Part shown: positions 1-9,263 of the stretch, one piece after another
How positions within the stretch are numbered: the first letter of the stretch is position 1
Layout: every line of letters begins with the position of its first letter
NCBI GenBank assembly: GCA_021845665.1
Contig: JAJZVO010000019.1
Coordinates: forward strand, 919-64,918
DNA from: Bacteroidota bacterium
GTDB taxonomy: Bacteria > Bacteroidota > Ignavibacteria > Kryptoniales > JAKASW01
Direction of reading: 5' to 3'
DNA: 64,000 nt
Notes under the pieces: model-generated
Told to the model about the DNA's origin: nothing
Seen by the model: the letters and a program-made list of their open reading frames with translations, nothing else
Database searches by the model: none
Program-made: the position numbers and the translations under genes

Positions 1-273
1 GACTCCCTGGCTCGCCTCTGTAGATGACAGTTTTCTGAATTTTGTATCGGGCAGCTCCTCAATTTCGATTCCCTTTTCTTCGGCGAGCGTGTGAATTTCG
101 GTCATGAGCGTCTGATTTGCTGCAAGACTGACGATGATCCACCTGATCGCCGCGCTCCCGGTCAGCGCTTCGAGTACCGCCCTTTTCCCTTCGATGAAGA
201 AGAGCCCCTGCTCTTTCCTGCCCGACCGTTCCTTCAGCTCCGCGAGCCGCTTTGTGTCCGAGTTAGTTGTCAT
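1..273 (-). CDS. TrmH/SpoU-family RNA methyltransferase, N-terminal part (runs off window start)
   Basis: Manual translation from ATG at 273: MTTNSDTKRLAELKERSGRKEQGLFFIEGKRAVLEAL...SSTEASQGV; the R(K)..G.F.IEG.R.V.EAL and SQGV segments are typical of the TrmH substrate-binding N-terminus; not in ORF track. Confidence 0.7.
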   Translation of the reverse strand, partial: MTTNSDTKRLAELKERSGRKEQGLFFIEGKRAVLEALTGSAAIRWIIVSLAANQTLMTEIHTLAEEKGIEIEELPDTKFRKLSSTEASQGV

Positions 274-274
274 A

Positions 275-2074
275 TCAATTCGTGGGTATTTGACTCAGCA
301 GAAGCTTCTTCTCGTACACCTGCGTTGCGTCGTTGAGGTACAGCATGCCTGCGAGCTGGTTGCCGTCTCTCACGACCGGTACAGAAGGGACGCCGGCATC
401 GAGCATCAGTTTCATCGCCGAAGAGAGATCCTGGTCATCCTGGACGCTCAGTTTTGTAGGGTTCAGAATATCCTTCACCACGAGAATGTCAAGTAGTTCC
501 TTCACAGCTTCGTCGGTCAACGCCTGCCTGATGTCTCCATATGAAATCGTACCTGAAAGTGTGCCATCATGTCTGATCACCGGAAACACTGTTGTACTGC
601 TCTCCGGTATCATGTCAATAAGGTCCGATAGACGAGTCGATTCGGAGGCGGCCATCAGCTGCGGTTTCATTACTTCGTAGACATGGATCGAGCGAAGGAT
701 ATTGACGTCTCTTCCGTACACATCAAGCACTTCGCCCCTGAGTTTAAGCCGTACCGAATATATCGAACCGGCCATGTATTTCCTCGATACGTAGGTAGCC
801 ATCACGACAGTAATCAGGATCGGCAGGATAGCCTGATAATTATCGGTCATTTCGAACACGAGTATGGCTGAGGCGAGAGGGGCCTGCACGACTGCGCTCG
901 TAACCGCAGCCATTCCGACCAGAGCATATGCGCCGGGAGGTGCGGATATATGGGGAGCGATGAAATTGACTATGCTGCCGAACACGCCCCCGGCCATTGC
1001 CCCGATGAACAGCGACGGCGCAAGCGTACCGCCCGCTCCTCCGCTTCCAAGTGTGACGGAAGTAGCGATCGGTTTGAAAAGGAGCAGCGCTGCGAGAAGA
1101 AGCAGCGAGTCGCGGCTGTAAAGGGACTGGCTTACCGCCTGATATGTGTACCCGAAGACTCCCGGGAGATAAATCCCGATAATGCCTACGATCAATCCAC
1201 CAAGAGCAGGTTTCCAGACATGACTCTTGATCGGAAATTTCTTGTGGTCGAAGAATTCCTCAGTTGCGTAAAACAATTTCACGAAGAAGACACCGACGAA
1301 GCCTGCACCGATGCCAAGGATGACATAGAAGATGAGTTCCCAGGCGCTCTTCAAGGAGAACATGGGAATTACGAATATCGGCTTGTTACCCAGTATGCTC
1401 CGCGTCAGGAAGGTACCGAAGACGGAGCTGATGATGATCGGCGAGAATGACTGCATGTTGAGACTGCCGAGTACGACCTCCATTGCAAAGAGAGCCCCGC
1501 CGATTGGGGCATTGAAGACTGCGGCAAGACCGGCCGCCGCTCCGCATCCGACGAGCGATTTTGTCTGCTCCTCATTAAGTCTGAACACCTGTCCGACAAT
1601 GGAGCCCGCAGTTCCGCCGATTGCGATAGACGGACCTTCGCGTCCGCCTGCGCCCCCGCTTCCGATGGAAATCGCGCTGGTTATCAGTTGTTTGATTCCA
1701 ACGACAGGACTTAAGATGCCCCCTTTCTTTGCCACGCCGTCGATCACCATCGGAACTCCTTCCCCTCTGACGTCAGCGGCAAGCTTGATTGTTATCCATC
1801 CGACTACCAGGCCGCCGAGGGCGGGGACAAGAGGAATAATCATGTACCTTTGCCAACCGCTGAGATCAACAAGGTTCGAGACTCCGAAGAGACCGGCCGG
1901 CGCATGAAACAAAAGTTCCTCTACAACGACGATCATCTTGTAGAAGACGATAGCTCCAAAAGCCGCGAAGATGCCGGTTACGACGGCGAGCAGTAGATGT
2001 AAAGGCTCCTGGGAAATCTCCGACTTGGAAAACCATTCTAAGAGCTTTTCCTTTATCCTGTAAAAAAAATCCAT
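275..2074 (-). CDS. CLC-family Cl-/H+ antiporter with C-terminal CBS pair
   Basis: GGREGP gating-Glu motif, AAVFNAPIGGALFAMEVV, GGAGGTLAP, ..SIY, many TM helices, CBS domains at C-terminus. Confidence 0.92.
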   Translation of the reverse strand: MDFFYRIKEKLLEWFSKSEISQEPLHLLLAVVTGIFAAFGAIVFYKMIVVVEELLFHAPAGLFGVSNLVDLSGWQRYMIIPLVPALGGLVVGWITIKLAADVRGEGVPMVIDGVAKKGGILSPVVGIKQLITSAISIGSGGAGGREGPSIAIGGTAGSIVGQVFRLNEEQTKSLVGCGAAAGLAAVFNAPIGGALFAMEVVLGSLNMQSFSPIIISSVFGTFLTRSILGNKPIFVIPMFSLKSAWELIFYVILGIGAGFVGVFFVKLFYATEEFFDHKKFPIKSHVWKPALGGLIVGIIGIYLPGVFGYTYQAVSQSLYSRDSLLLLAALLLFKPIATSVTLGSGGAGGTLAPSLFIGAMAGGVFGSIVNFIAPHISAPPGAYALVGMAAVTSAVVQAPLASAILVFEMTDNYQAILPILITVVMATYVSRKYMAGSIYSVRLKLRGEVLDVYGRDVNILRSIHVYEVMKPQLMAASESTRLSDLIDMIPESSTTVFPVIRHDGTLSGTISYGDIRQALTDEAVKELLDILVVKDILNPTKLSVQDDQDLSSAMKLMLDAGVPSVPVVRDGNQLAGMLYLNDATQVYEKKLLLSQIPTN

Positions 2075-2075
2075 C

Positions 2076-3221
2076 TCAGTCCTTGCTTACTTTCATCAAC
2101 TTTATTACAGAATCAAGAACTTTGGAGACTTCGATCGTGTTAATGTCACCGCCCCTCCCAAGAATGAACCGGTGGTTCTTACCCAAAGGAGCCCACTGCA
2201 GCGGATCGGTCGGTCCGAAAAGAGACAGGGTTGACGTTCCGACGGCGGCGGCGAGGTGCATGATTCCCGTATCGTTCGTGACCACAATGTCCATCTGCTT
2301 GAGCAGGGCTGCCACGAAAGTGATGGCCCTGTTTCTGACTCTCACGAAAGGTACGGTCATGATCCCGGCAAGCTGGTCTATCGCTTCGTGATCCATAGGA
2401 CCCTCGGTAATGAATATATCAGCATTAAGTCTATCGTGTAACAGTTCGGAAAGTGCAGCAAACCCGGCGACACCCCACCTGTTGGGCGGTTTGCCCGCTC
2501 CCGCATGAAGCGCTACTCTCCTCACGCCCAATCTGCTCACCCGCTCAATCATCGAGTGCACATCAGCGGCTGTTACGGGATCAACAGGGTATTCCAAACC
2601 GCCTTCATCGTCGGTGCGAGTAATTCCAAGCGGCTCGGCCACTTTCATGTTCCTGTAGTACTGGTGCGCGGGTGAATTTTCCCAGTCGAGGTTTACGGCG
2701 ACGTCGTAAACCGATGAGGTACGGTTGGCCTTACTATCGAGCGATCCCGGGCCAAGCTTGTGGTTCGCGTTGACAAAAGATGCCATGATATCGTTCGTCA
2801 GAGAAATAGACACGTTCGAAGGGACAATAAGGAGATCGTACTTTCGCCTCAACCTCCTGACAAACTGGAAAAACACCGAAGGATGTTTGTAGAACGCCAG
2901 CTTGTCATAATTCAGGAGATCGGTGACATAAGCACATCCGGCTAGCGCCGAAATATTCTGCGGCGAAACGACGACCGCCAGTTCATCGAGGCTGAACTTC
3001 TTCCTCAGCGTGCGCAGTAGAGGGACGGTGCATAAGACATCGCCGAACTGGTTGTGCTGGCGGATGACGATCACTTTCTTTATGGAAGCAGGATCGAGGT
3101 GGAGCGAGGAAGAGCGGTTGCGTCCGGCAGAGAGATCGGCAAGGATCCTCCTTGCAAGCCGTTTCACCAAGCGCTCGGCCCGCTTTCCGTATCCTTCCCT
3201 TTTACTACCGTCGCCTTTCAA
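2076..3221 (-). CDS. Glycosyltransferase family 9 (LPS heptosyltransferase-like)
   Basis: QFGDVLCTVPLL and VVTNDTGIMHLAAAVG...LFGPTDPLQWAP motifs; exact start uncertain. Confidence 0.85.
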   Translation of the reverse strand: MKGDGSKREGYGKRAERLVKRLARRILADLSAGRNRSSSLHLDPASIKKVIVIRQHNQFGDVLCTVPLLRTLRKKFSLDELAVVVSPQNISALAGCAYVTDLLNYDKLAFYKHPSVFFQFVRRLRRKYDLLIVPSNVSISLTNDIMASFVNANHKLGPGSLDSKANRTSSVYDVAVNLDWENSPAHQYYRNMKVAEPLGITRTDDEGGLEYPVDPVTAADVHSMIERVSRLGVRRVALHAGAGKPPNRWGVAGFAALSELLHDRLNADIFITEGPMDHEAIDQLAGIMTVPFVRVRNRAITFVAALLKQMDIVVTNDTGIMHLAAAVGTSTLSLFGPTDPLQWAPLGKNHRFILGRGGDINTIEVSKVLDSVIKLMKVSKD

Positions 3222-3233
3222 GTCCAGCGACTC

Positions 3234-3425
3234 CTACTTGAGGTCTTCGTACTTCGCATCCTCAATGTTCTTGCGGTCAATCTTTACTTCCTTCTCGCTA
3301 TGTCGCTGTTTTTCCTGACGTTTTTCGTAGTCACGTATGCCCCTCTGGACCGCGCCTTGGATGGCAGATCGAATGAATCGGTAGAGAGCATAGAAAAAGA
3401 AAATCCAGACCAGTGCTTCAAACAT
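3234..3425 (-). CDS. Small membrane-anchored hypothetical protein
   Basis: N-terminal hydrophobic helix, charged tail ending IEDAKYEDLK; TAATG overlap with upstream kinase stop. Confidence 0.6.
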   Translation of the reverse strand: MFEALVWIFFFYALYRFIRSAIQGAVQRGIRDYEKRQEKQRHSEKEVKIDRKNIEDAKYEDLK

Positions 3426-4084
3426 TATTTCAGTATCGGGTTATAATATTCAGCTACCTTGCGCGGCCTCAGGATCTCCGACGCAAGATCTTCGAAATCT
3501 TTTTCATTGTTTACAAAATCGAGCTGATCGGCATTCACTATGAGCAACGGGGACGATTTGTATCGGAAGAAGAAATAGTTATACGCTTCGTTCAACCCCT
3601 GTATATATTCGGCGGAAATACCGAGCTCGAACTTGCGTCCGCGCTTCCTGATGTTGGCCATCAGATGTTCCACGTTGCATTGCAAATAGACGACAAGGTC
3701 GGGTTTTGGAATGGTTCTTTCGAGTAAACCGACCAACGTTTCGTAGAGTCTCAACTCATCGTCCTGCAGATTGAGGTACGCGAAGATCTTGTCCTTCTCG
3801 AACATGTAATCGCTGACGACAGTCTGCTCGAAAAGGTCCATTTGGGCAAGCTCCTGCTGCTGCTTGTACCTGCTCAGCAGAAAGAACATCTGAGTCTGGA
3901 AGGCATAATGCTCGATGTCGTCATAAAATTTCTCAAGGAACGGGTTCTCCTCGAACTTCTCGATCACTGCCCTTCCCCTGAGGAGTTTTGCCAGTTTAAG
4001 TGTAAGGGTAGTTTTCCCGGCGCCGATCACTCCTTCAATCGCGATGTGCTTCAGGTCGCTCGTAAGAACTGCGAGGTCGCTCAT
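3425..4084 (-). CDS. Deoxynucleoside kinase (dAK/dGK family)
   Basis: IAIEGVIGAGKTT P-loop, ENPFLEKFY, FQTQMFFLLSR, PDLVVYL...RGRKFE lid. Confidence 0.9.
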   Translation of the reverse strand: MSDLAVLTSDLKHIAIEGVIGAGKTTLTLKLAKLLRGRAVIEKFEENPFLEKFYDDIEHYAFQTQMFFLLSRYKQQQELAQMDLFEQTVVSDYMFEKDKIFAYLNLQDDELRLYETLVGLLERTIPKPDLVVYLQCNVEHLMANIRKRGRKFELGISAEYIQGLNEAYNYFFFRYKSSPLLIVNADQLDFVNNEKDFEDLASEILRPRKVAEYYNPILK

Positions 4085-4596
4085 CGGTTCATCGCCGGAT
4101 ATTCATCCCGGAACCTGCGTACGCCGGAATTATCGGGACATTCCGCGAGAAGCCGGGCGACCGTCTCATGAAAGATCGGGTGTTCGAATTCCGGTGCGAT
4201 ATCGGCCAGTGGCTTCAACACGAAACGACGCAGGTGGGCCCGTTCGTGAGGAATAGTGAGCTTGTCCGAGGAAATGCTGAGGCCGTCATAGAATACAATA
4301 TCTATGTCAATTTCTCTCTCGCGCCAGCGGCCGCGATGGATCCGCCCCACGCCGGTTTCGACATTCTTTAGAGCCGAAAGAAGCTCCTCCGGCTCGAGTA
4401 AAGTGACGATGCCCGCAGCCATGTTTAGGAACGATGGTTGATCGAGTTCGCCCACCGGGTCTGTCTCATACACATGTGATTTCTTTAGCAATCTCACCCG
4501 CGCAATTCCAGCAATCGAGTCGATGCTTTTGTTCAGGTAACCGATCCTATCACCCAGGTTGGAACCGAGGGACAGATAAGCCTCAGACTCTTTCAC
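4081..4596 (-). CDS. folK: 2-amino-4-hydroxy-6-hydroxymethyldihydropteridine diphosphokinase
   Basis: YLSLGSNLGD, REIDIDI, LTIPH..AHLRRFVLKPL; GTG start at 4596 preferred over ORF-track start. Confidence 0.95.
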   Translation of the reverse strand: MKESEAYLSLGSNLGDRIGYLNKSIDSIAGIARVRLLKKSHVYETDPVGELDQPSFLNMAAGIVTLLEPEELLSALKNVETGVGRIHRGRWREREIDIDIVFYDGLSISSDKLTIPHERAHLRRFVLKPLADIAPEFEHPIFHETVARLLAECPDNSGVRRFRDEYPAMNR

Positions 4597-4975
4597 CTGG
4601 CCCTTTCCCGGCGCGCGACTCTTCGGTGACGAACTCGACAAAGTCCACGACACCTCCTACCTGAGGAGAACGCTTGCGGACTTTGACTACAACGTGGTCC
4701 AGGCATTCAAATTTCTGAAGGATAGTGCTTGCGATCTGCGCTCCAAGGGACTCGATAAGGTAAAATCTCTTTTCGACCACGAGCCCCTTTATCGATTGGT
4801 AGACCTTTTCATAGTCGACGGTGTCCTTGAGGCGATCCGATGCGGAAGCTTTTGAGAAATCTCCGAACATGTCGACGTCAACTTCGAATTTTCCGCCCGA
4901 TGCCTGCTCATTGGTCAGGACACCATGGTACGCATAGAACGTCGCGTTATTTAGGCGGACACATTGCTGCTTCAT
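4583..4975 (-). CDS. folB: Dihydroneopterin aldolase
   Basis: FYAYHGVL..E, DRLKDTVDY, LIESLG, VKVRK..P; adjacent to folK. Confidence 0.92.
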   Translation of the reverse strand: MKQQCVRLNNATFYAYHGVLTNEQASGGKFEVDVDMFGDFSKASASDRLKDTVDYEKVYQSIKGLVVEKRFYLIESLGAQIASTILQKFECLDHVVVKVRKRSPQVGGVVDFVEFVTEESRAGKGPGERV

Positions 4976-4986
4976 TGATTTTTTAG

Positions 4987-5015
4987 AATATATGGTCACG
5001 ACGAAAACTTTTCAA
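4987..5015 (-). promoter_or_regulatory. Putative sigma70 promoter for folB operon (TTGAAA-N17-TATATT)
   Basis: Read directly; ATG lies 11 nt after the -10 hexamer. Confidence 0.55.
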
Positions 5016-5299
5016 GGAATGCATTTACCGGAGCCGCCGGCATTTCCAATTTGATCGCACACGGAGAGAGAGACTGAAATGCCATCCCATTCAACAAGGT
5101 GCTTATTCGTAAGTTAGTCGCGCTTCATCCAGGTCCTCAAGACGCCTGTATTATACTTATCTTCCGATTCAACCGGCTTCACATCCAGGTAAAGCGCCGG
5201 TAATCGACGAAATCATGGGAGAGTTGCCGGTCTTAGGATAGCTTGATGGGGACGAATGGAGAGTTAAGTCTGATAGAGGTGCAGGGAAATACCGGTCAA

Positions 5300-5506
5300 T
5301 TATGGCCCGGTCCTCTTTCTTGTTTGAGATTTCTTCACTAATCGGTCATGAGGCTGATTTTCAAGTGCGTAAACTTTGATAAGGAGGAAGAACATGACTA
5401 TAAGGAGAACGACGATAAGAGGGAGAGCGAAGTTGAATCTATCTGTGAAAGAAGGGATTGCCGAAGCAAGCGAATCGGCAGCTGCATCGAGGACTAATGC
5501 AAACAT
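5300..5506 (-). CDS. 68-aa single-TM protein coupled to cytochrome b
   Basis: ATG overlaps cytochrome b TGA; hydrophobic stretch FALPLIVVLLIVMFFLLIKV. Confidence 0.55.
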   Translation of the reverse strand: MFALVLDAAADSLASAIPSFTDRFNFALPLIVVLLIVMFFLLIKVYALENQPHDRLVKKSQTRKRTGP

Positions 5507-6552
5507 CAGTGAACTTCCGTTGTGATGTACGCCATTACGGTCATGGTGACGAGGTAAACAATAATCGCAACGCCGAACAGAGTAAAGAACGTACTCTTTT
5601 CCCCGTTCGAGGCTTTCCGATCTAAGAACGGTACGAGCATCCAGATGATTGCGCCGAGAGTTATGCCACCGAGGCCGATTACATCCGGGAAGGTCCGCAG
5701 CGTTTGGAACACGAATAGGAAATACCATTCCGGTTTAATACCGGCTGGCGCCGGGAGGACAGGGTTGACCTTTGCGGCGAGTCCTTCGGGGAAGAGCGCG
5801 ACGAATGAAATAAGCACGGCAAGCGCACCGGACCAAACCGCCGCCTGGCGCATCATGAAGTTCGGGAAGAGTTTGGTTTCGTCTCTCGTCGACCGCTGAG
5901 ACAATGGAGTGCTCAGGCCGAGCACTTGGCTGAGGAAAACATGAATCGCTATGATGGTGAGCCACAATATCGGCAGCACGATTGTATGGAGCGTGAACAT
6001 TCTTGTGAGCGTAGCGGCGCCGACGTCAGCACCGCCGACCATGAGCCTGGAAATGAAATGGCCGACGAAGGGTACGTAGAGCGGCATGCTGGTCCCGATT
6101 TTCGTGGCGAAATACGACAGAGTGGTCCATGGGAGAAGATATCCGGTAAACGCCGACGTCAAAATCAGCGCAAGTATTATGACTCCGAGCACCCACATTA
6201 TTTCCCTTGGCTTCCTATACGCCTTCGTGAAGTAAGTCGAGAACATGTGGACCAGGACGACGGCGATCAGGAAATTAGCGCCCCAGAAATGGATAGATCT
6301 GATGAGCCATCCGTAATGGACTTTTTCCATGATGTAACGGACCGACTCATTGGCTTTCACCGGCGTGGGCGAATAGTAAAACGCCAGCATGATGCCGGTA
6401 ATAATTTGTATTGTCAGGACAAAGAGGGCGAGCCCGCCGAAGTAATACCAGAATGAGTGTTTATGCTGCGGGATTTTTCTTTGTGCAACCCAGGCTTGGA
6501 CAGGAGAAAAATCGATCCGGTCTTTTAGAAAATCGGCAGCTCGGCTCGTCAT
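5506..6552 (-). CDS. petB: Cytochrome b of Rieske/cytochrome b complex 1 (b6 + subunit IV fused)
   Basis: GWLIRSIHFWGAN..VH, GYLLPW, RMFTLH-x14-H heme ligands, IKPEWYFL. Confidence 0.93.
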   Translation of the reverse strand: MTSRAADFLKDRIDFSPVQAWVAQRKIPQHKHSFWYYFGGLALFVLTIQIITGIMLAFYYSPTPVKANESVRYIMEKVHYGWLIRSIHFWGANFLIAVVLVHMFSTYFTKAYRKPREIMWVLGVIILALILTSAFTGYLLPWTTLSYFATKIGTSMPLYVPFVGHFISRLMVGGADVGAATLTRMFTLHTIVLPILWLTIIAIHVFLSQVLGLSTPLSQRSTRDETKLFPNFMMRQAAVWSGALAVLISFVALFPEGLAAKVNPVLPAPAGIKPEWYFLFVFQTLRTFPDVIGLGGITLGAIIWMLVPFLDRKASNGEKSTFFTLFGVAIIVYLVTMTVMAYITTEVH

Positions 6553-6557
6553 CCGGA

Positions 6558-6998
6558 TCAAGCCAGTTGTTTCTTTACCGTCACGTAGATCTTATTCCCC
6601 TCGATGTCGACGTAATACACCGGAAGCGGTCTGGTGGCGGGCCCCTTCAGCACTTTGCCGTCGATATTGAAAATACTCCCGTGGCATTCACAAATGAAAT
6701 TGTCATCCTTCGACTGGAAGGCCACGGTGCATCCCATGTGTGTACACTTGGCGGAGAGAGAGGTATACTTTCCGTCGGGAAGGTGAACCAGCACCGCAGG
6801 TTTGTCCAGGAATTTGAAAAACTTTGCCGTGTTGAGTCCCATCTTATCCAGGGTGGTGACGAAAACCTTGTCTACTTCACCCAAAGCAACTGCGGGAGGT
6901 GTAAAGAATCGAAGGACAGGATAAACGATATAAGCAGCGATCACTGCTACTCCCGACGTGAGGACGCGATTCAAAAATTGTCTTCTGGATGTCGCCAT
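6558..6998 (-). CDS. petC: Rieske 2Fe-2S protein of complex 1
   Basis: Tat signal SRRQFL, CTHMGC and CECHGS boxes, GPATRPL. Confidence 0.93.
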   Translation of the reverse strand: MATSRRQFLNRVLTSGVAVIAAYIVYPVLRFFTPPAVALGEVDKVFVTTLDKMGLNTAKFFKFLDKPAVLVHLPDGKYTSLSAKCTHMGCTVAFQSKDDNFICECHGSIFNIDGKVLKGPATRPLPVYYVDIEGNKIYVTVKKQLA

Positions 6999-7098
6999 AC
7001 AGATTCACTAACAAGAAACCACGTGGTTATCGTTCCGGCTTTTGCGTTTAAAGTGCGGGAAAAGTTCCGCGGGCGACGCAAAACTTGCCGCTCCTCGT

Positions 7099-7998
7099 TC
7101 AGACTACAATATTCAGGCAGCGCGGTCGAATGCTCATTTCGAAGGACTCCACTCTCTCCGGAGGGACTTCGCCGTCGCGATGAATGGAGACGGGGATCTC
7201 GCTCTGTACACTTATAAGCTTCGCCCTTGTCATAGTCACTTCCGGATATTTGGCGTGTGTACCAGCAAGCACGCTCGGGATCACCTGTATGACACGTGGG
7301 ATTGATACATCGGAGACGATGCAGGCATCGAGCAGGCCATCGTCCAAAAGGGCATCGGGAGTGAGCAGGAAACCTCCGCCGGCAGAAATTCCATTCCCGA
7401 TCGCGGCCAGGTACGTTTTCCCCTCGACGATGCGTTCGTCAAGCCTTATCCGCATCTGAGCAGCCTTGTATCTGTAAAGAGTTCTGACGACCGAATAAAA
7501 ATACCGCGACAGCCCTCTCAGTCTGTGTACCCGGAGGCTTTCTCTCGCAACTTCCGCATCGAAGCCGATGCCTATCCCGTTCACGAAGATCAGATCGTCG
7601 TTGCTTATCGTGAGGACCCCGACGTCCAGGGCCTTTACTTTTCCGGCGATGAGGCGCTGAAAATAGTCATGAAGATTCTTCAACCTGCCCACCGCCCGTA
7701 TGAAGTCGTTCCCGGTGCCTGTAGGTATGACGCCCATCGCCGCACCAGAACGCAGGGTTCCGGCGGCGACCTCGTTCACAGTTCCATCTCCTCCCACTGC
7801 CACGATAATGTCGAACTCGGAGGAATGCTCCCTGGCAAGTTCAGTTGCATGCTGGGGAGCCTGGGTAATTTCCACGTCGAAGTTCATTCCTAATGTTTTC
7901 GCCAGCCGAACCACATGAGGAAGGATCCGCCTTGTCCTTCCATTCCCGGATACTGGGTTGACTATGAATTTCACCAATCTCTCGCCCGCTGGTCTCAT
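7099..7998 (-). CDS. Diacylglycerol kinase family lipid kinase (YegS/BmrU-like)
   Basis: IVNPVSG, AVGGDGTVNEV, IPTGTGNDF, GGGFLLTPDALLDDGLLD, HRDGE; ATGA coupling at 7998. Confidence 0.9.
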   Translation of the reverse strand: MRPAGERLVKFIVNPVSGNGRTRRILPHVVRLAKTLGMNFDVEITQAPQHATELAREHSSEFDIIVAVGGDGTVNEVAAGTLRSGAAMGVIPTGTGNDFIRAVGRLKNLHDYFQRLIAGKVKALDVGVLTISNDDLIFVNGIGIGFDAEVARESLRVHRLRGLSRYFYSVVRTLYRYKAAQMRIRLDERIVEGKTYLAAIGNGISAGGGFLLTPDALLDDGLLDACIVSDVSIPRVIQVIPSVLAGTHAKYPEVTMTRAKLISVQSEIPVSIHRDGEVPPERVESFEMSIRPRCLNIVV

Positions 7999-9263
7999 AC
8001 GCCCAGTGTTGCCCTTCTTTCTTTGGCGAGACGTATCGTTTCTGCGATACCGTGCCTTATCCTGAATTCTCTGCGATGTTTCAGGATTTCGAATGCAGTT
8101 AAAACGCCGAAGACGATCGATACTATGATCCTCGAGTTGTCTCCGACAATCGGAAGTGGCGGCATGAAAGTAAAATTGACGGGGTAAAGGAATTGTGCCA
8201 GCCACAACAAGAAAAGGACGATTGCATTCGCGCGCGTGAATTTCAGTTTAGCAAGCGTGGCACATCCGTAGAAAGTCATCATCATGGAAAGCAGTATTTC
8301 CTCCCTATGATGTACATCCAAAGGGATCGTGGACACTCTTCCCATGGATACCGAGTAGACGATCGGAATCATAGATACCAGAAGTGTCCACTGGTTTACC
8401 TTGCTGCTTATCATATTCAATAGCGCCATCGGTGCCAGTCTAATCGTCCTCGCCCAATAGAACGCGGTGACTTTTTCAGGAAACTCTGAAAGGAAGGGTG
8501 CAACCCACTGCACAAAGACAAACGTGCTTATGCCAAATGCGACCGAGACTTCTTTCATGCTGTTGAGGAAGGGATCGGCCACGGCCCACATCGCCAGTCC
8601 TCCCACAAGAAAGAGTATGAAGATCACGAGGCCTCTTTTCTTTCCGTTCCGGATTGAGACCAGTGAGCGCGACATAGCCAGAAGGTCTTCCTTCTTTTCC
8701 TCTTCTTCTTCAGGAAGGACACGCAGGATATACATATAGAAAATAAACAGAGCACCTAGAAAAATCCCGTCATAAACCTGGAGATCGCGTTTCAAAAGGA
8801 TGACGATGAAATAGAGAGAAGAAACGAACAAGGCAAGGACCTCGACTATATTCTCAGGCCTCAGGCGTATCGCGTCTATTTTTTTCCCGTTCTTCCACCT
8901 CGAGTACAGGTCCGCAGTGATGAAGATCAGCGGCCAACCGACGCCCATAAGCAGCCTGTTGGATCCGGTGAAGTTGGCCATCATGAGATTGATATCTTTT
9001 CGCCAGGCGATGACGGCCTCGACCATGAATTCAGGGACAACCTGGAGAAGCGCAACTAGGGCGACGGCCAGTCCCTGGCTTATGCTGAACTCGGCCGCCT
9101 CTGCCGCCCAGCTGATGATAAGGGCTGAGACTACGACGTTACTGAAACAGAGGAAAGCGACAAACCCCGCGGTATCGCTCGGAAACATATGCAGCCACAC
9201 GGAGACGACCACGCTGTAGAGCAACATAAAGATGAAATAGTAGGTATATCGTGATCCCGTCAC
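7995..9263 (-). CDS. Ca2+/cation antiporter (CaCA-like) membrane protein
   Basis: Alpha-repeat-like LQVVPEF..E and LSEFPE, ANFTGSNRLL, ISSKVNQWTLL. Confidence 0.75.
   Translation of the reverse strand: MTGSRYTYYFIFMLLYSVVVSVWLHMFPSDTAGFVAFLCFSNVVVSALIISWAAEAAEFSISQGLAVALVALLQVVPEFMVEAVIAWRKDINLMMANFTGSNRLLMGVGWPLIFITADLYSRWKNGKKIDAIRLRPENIVEVLALFVSSLYFIVILLKRDLQVYDGIFLGALFIFYMYILRVLPEEEEEKKEDLLAMSRSLVSIRNGKKRGLVIFILFLVGGLAMWAVADPFLNSMKEVSVAFGISTFVFVQWVAPFLSEFPEKVTAFYWARTIRLAPMALLNMISSKVNQWTLLVSMIPIVYSVSMGRVSTIPLDVHHREEILLSMMMTFYGCATLAKLKFTRANAIVLFLLWLAQFLYPVNFTFMPPLPIVGDNSRIIVSIVFGVLTAFEILKHRREFRIRHGIAETIRLAKERRATLGV

Noticed and set aside
7040-7083. Stem-loop TTTTGCGT...ACGCAAAA upstream of Rieske 1
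   Set aside because: No U-tract in the transcribed direction and no recognisable RNA motif; cannot assign function
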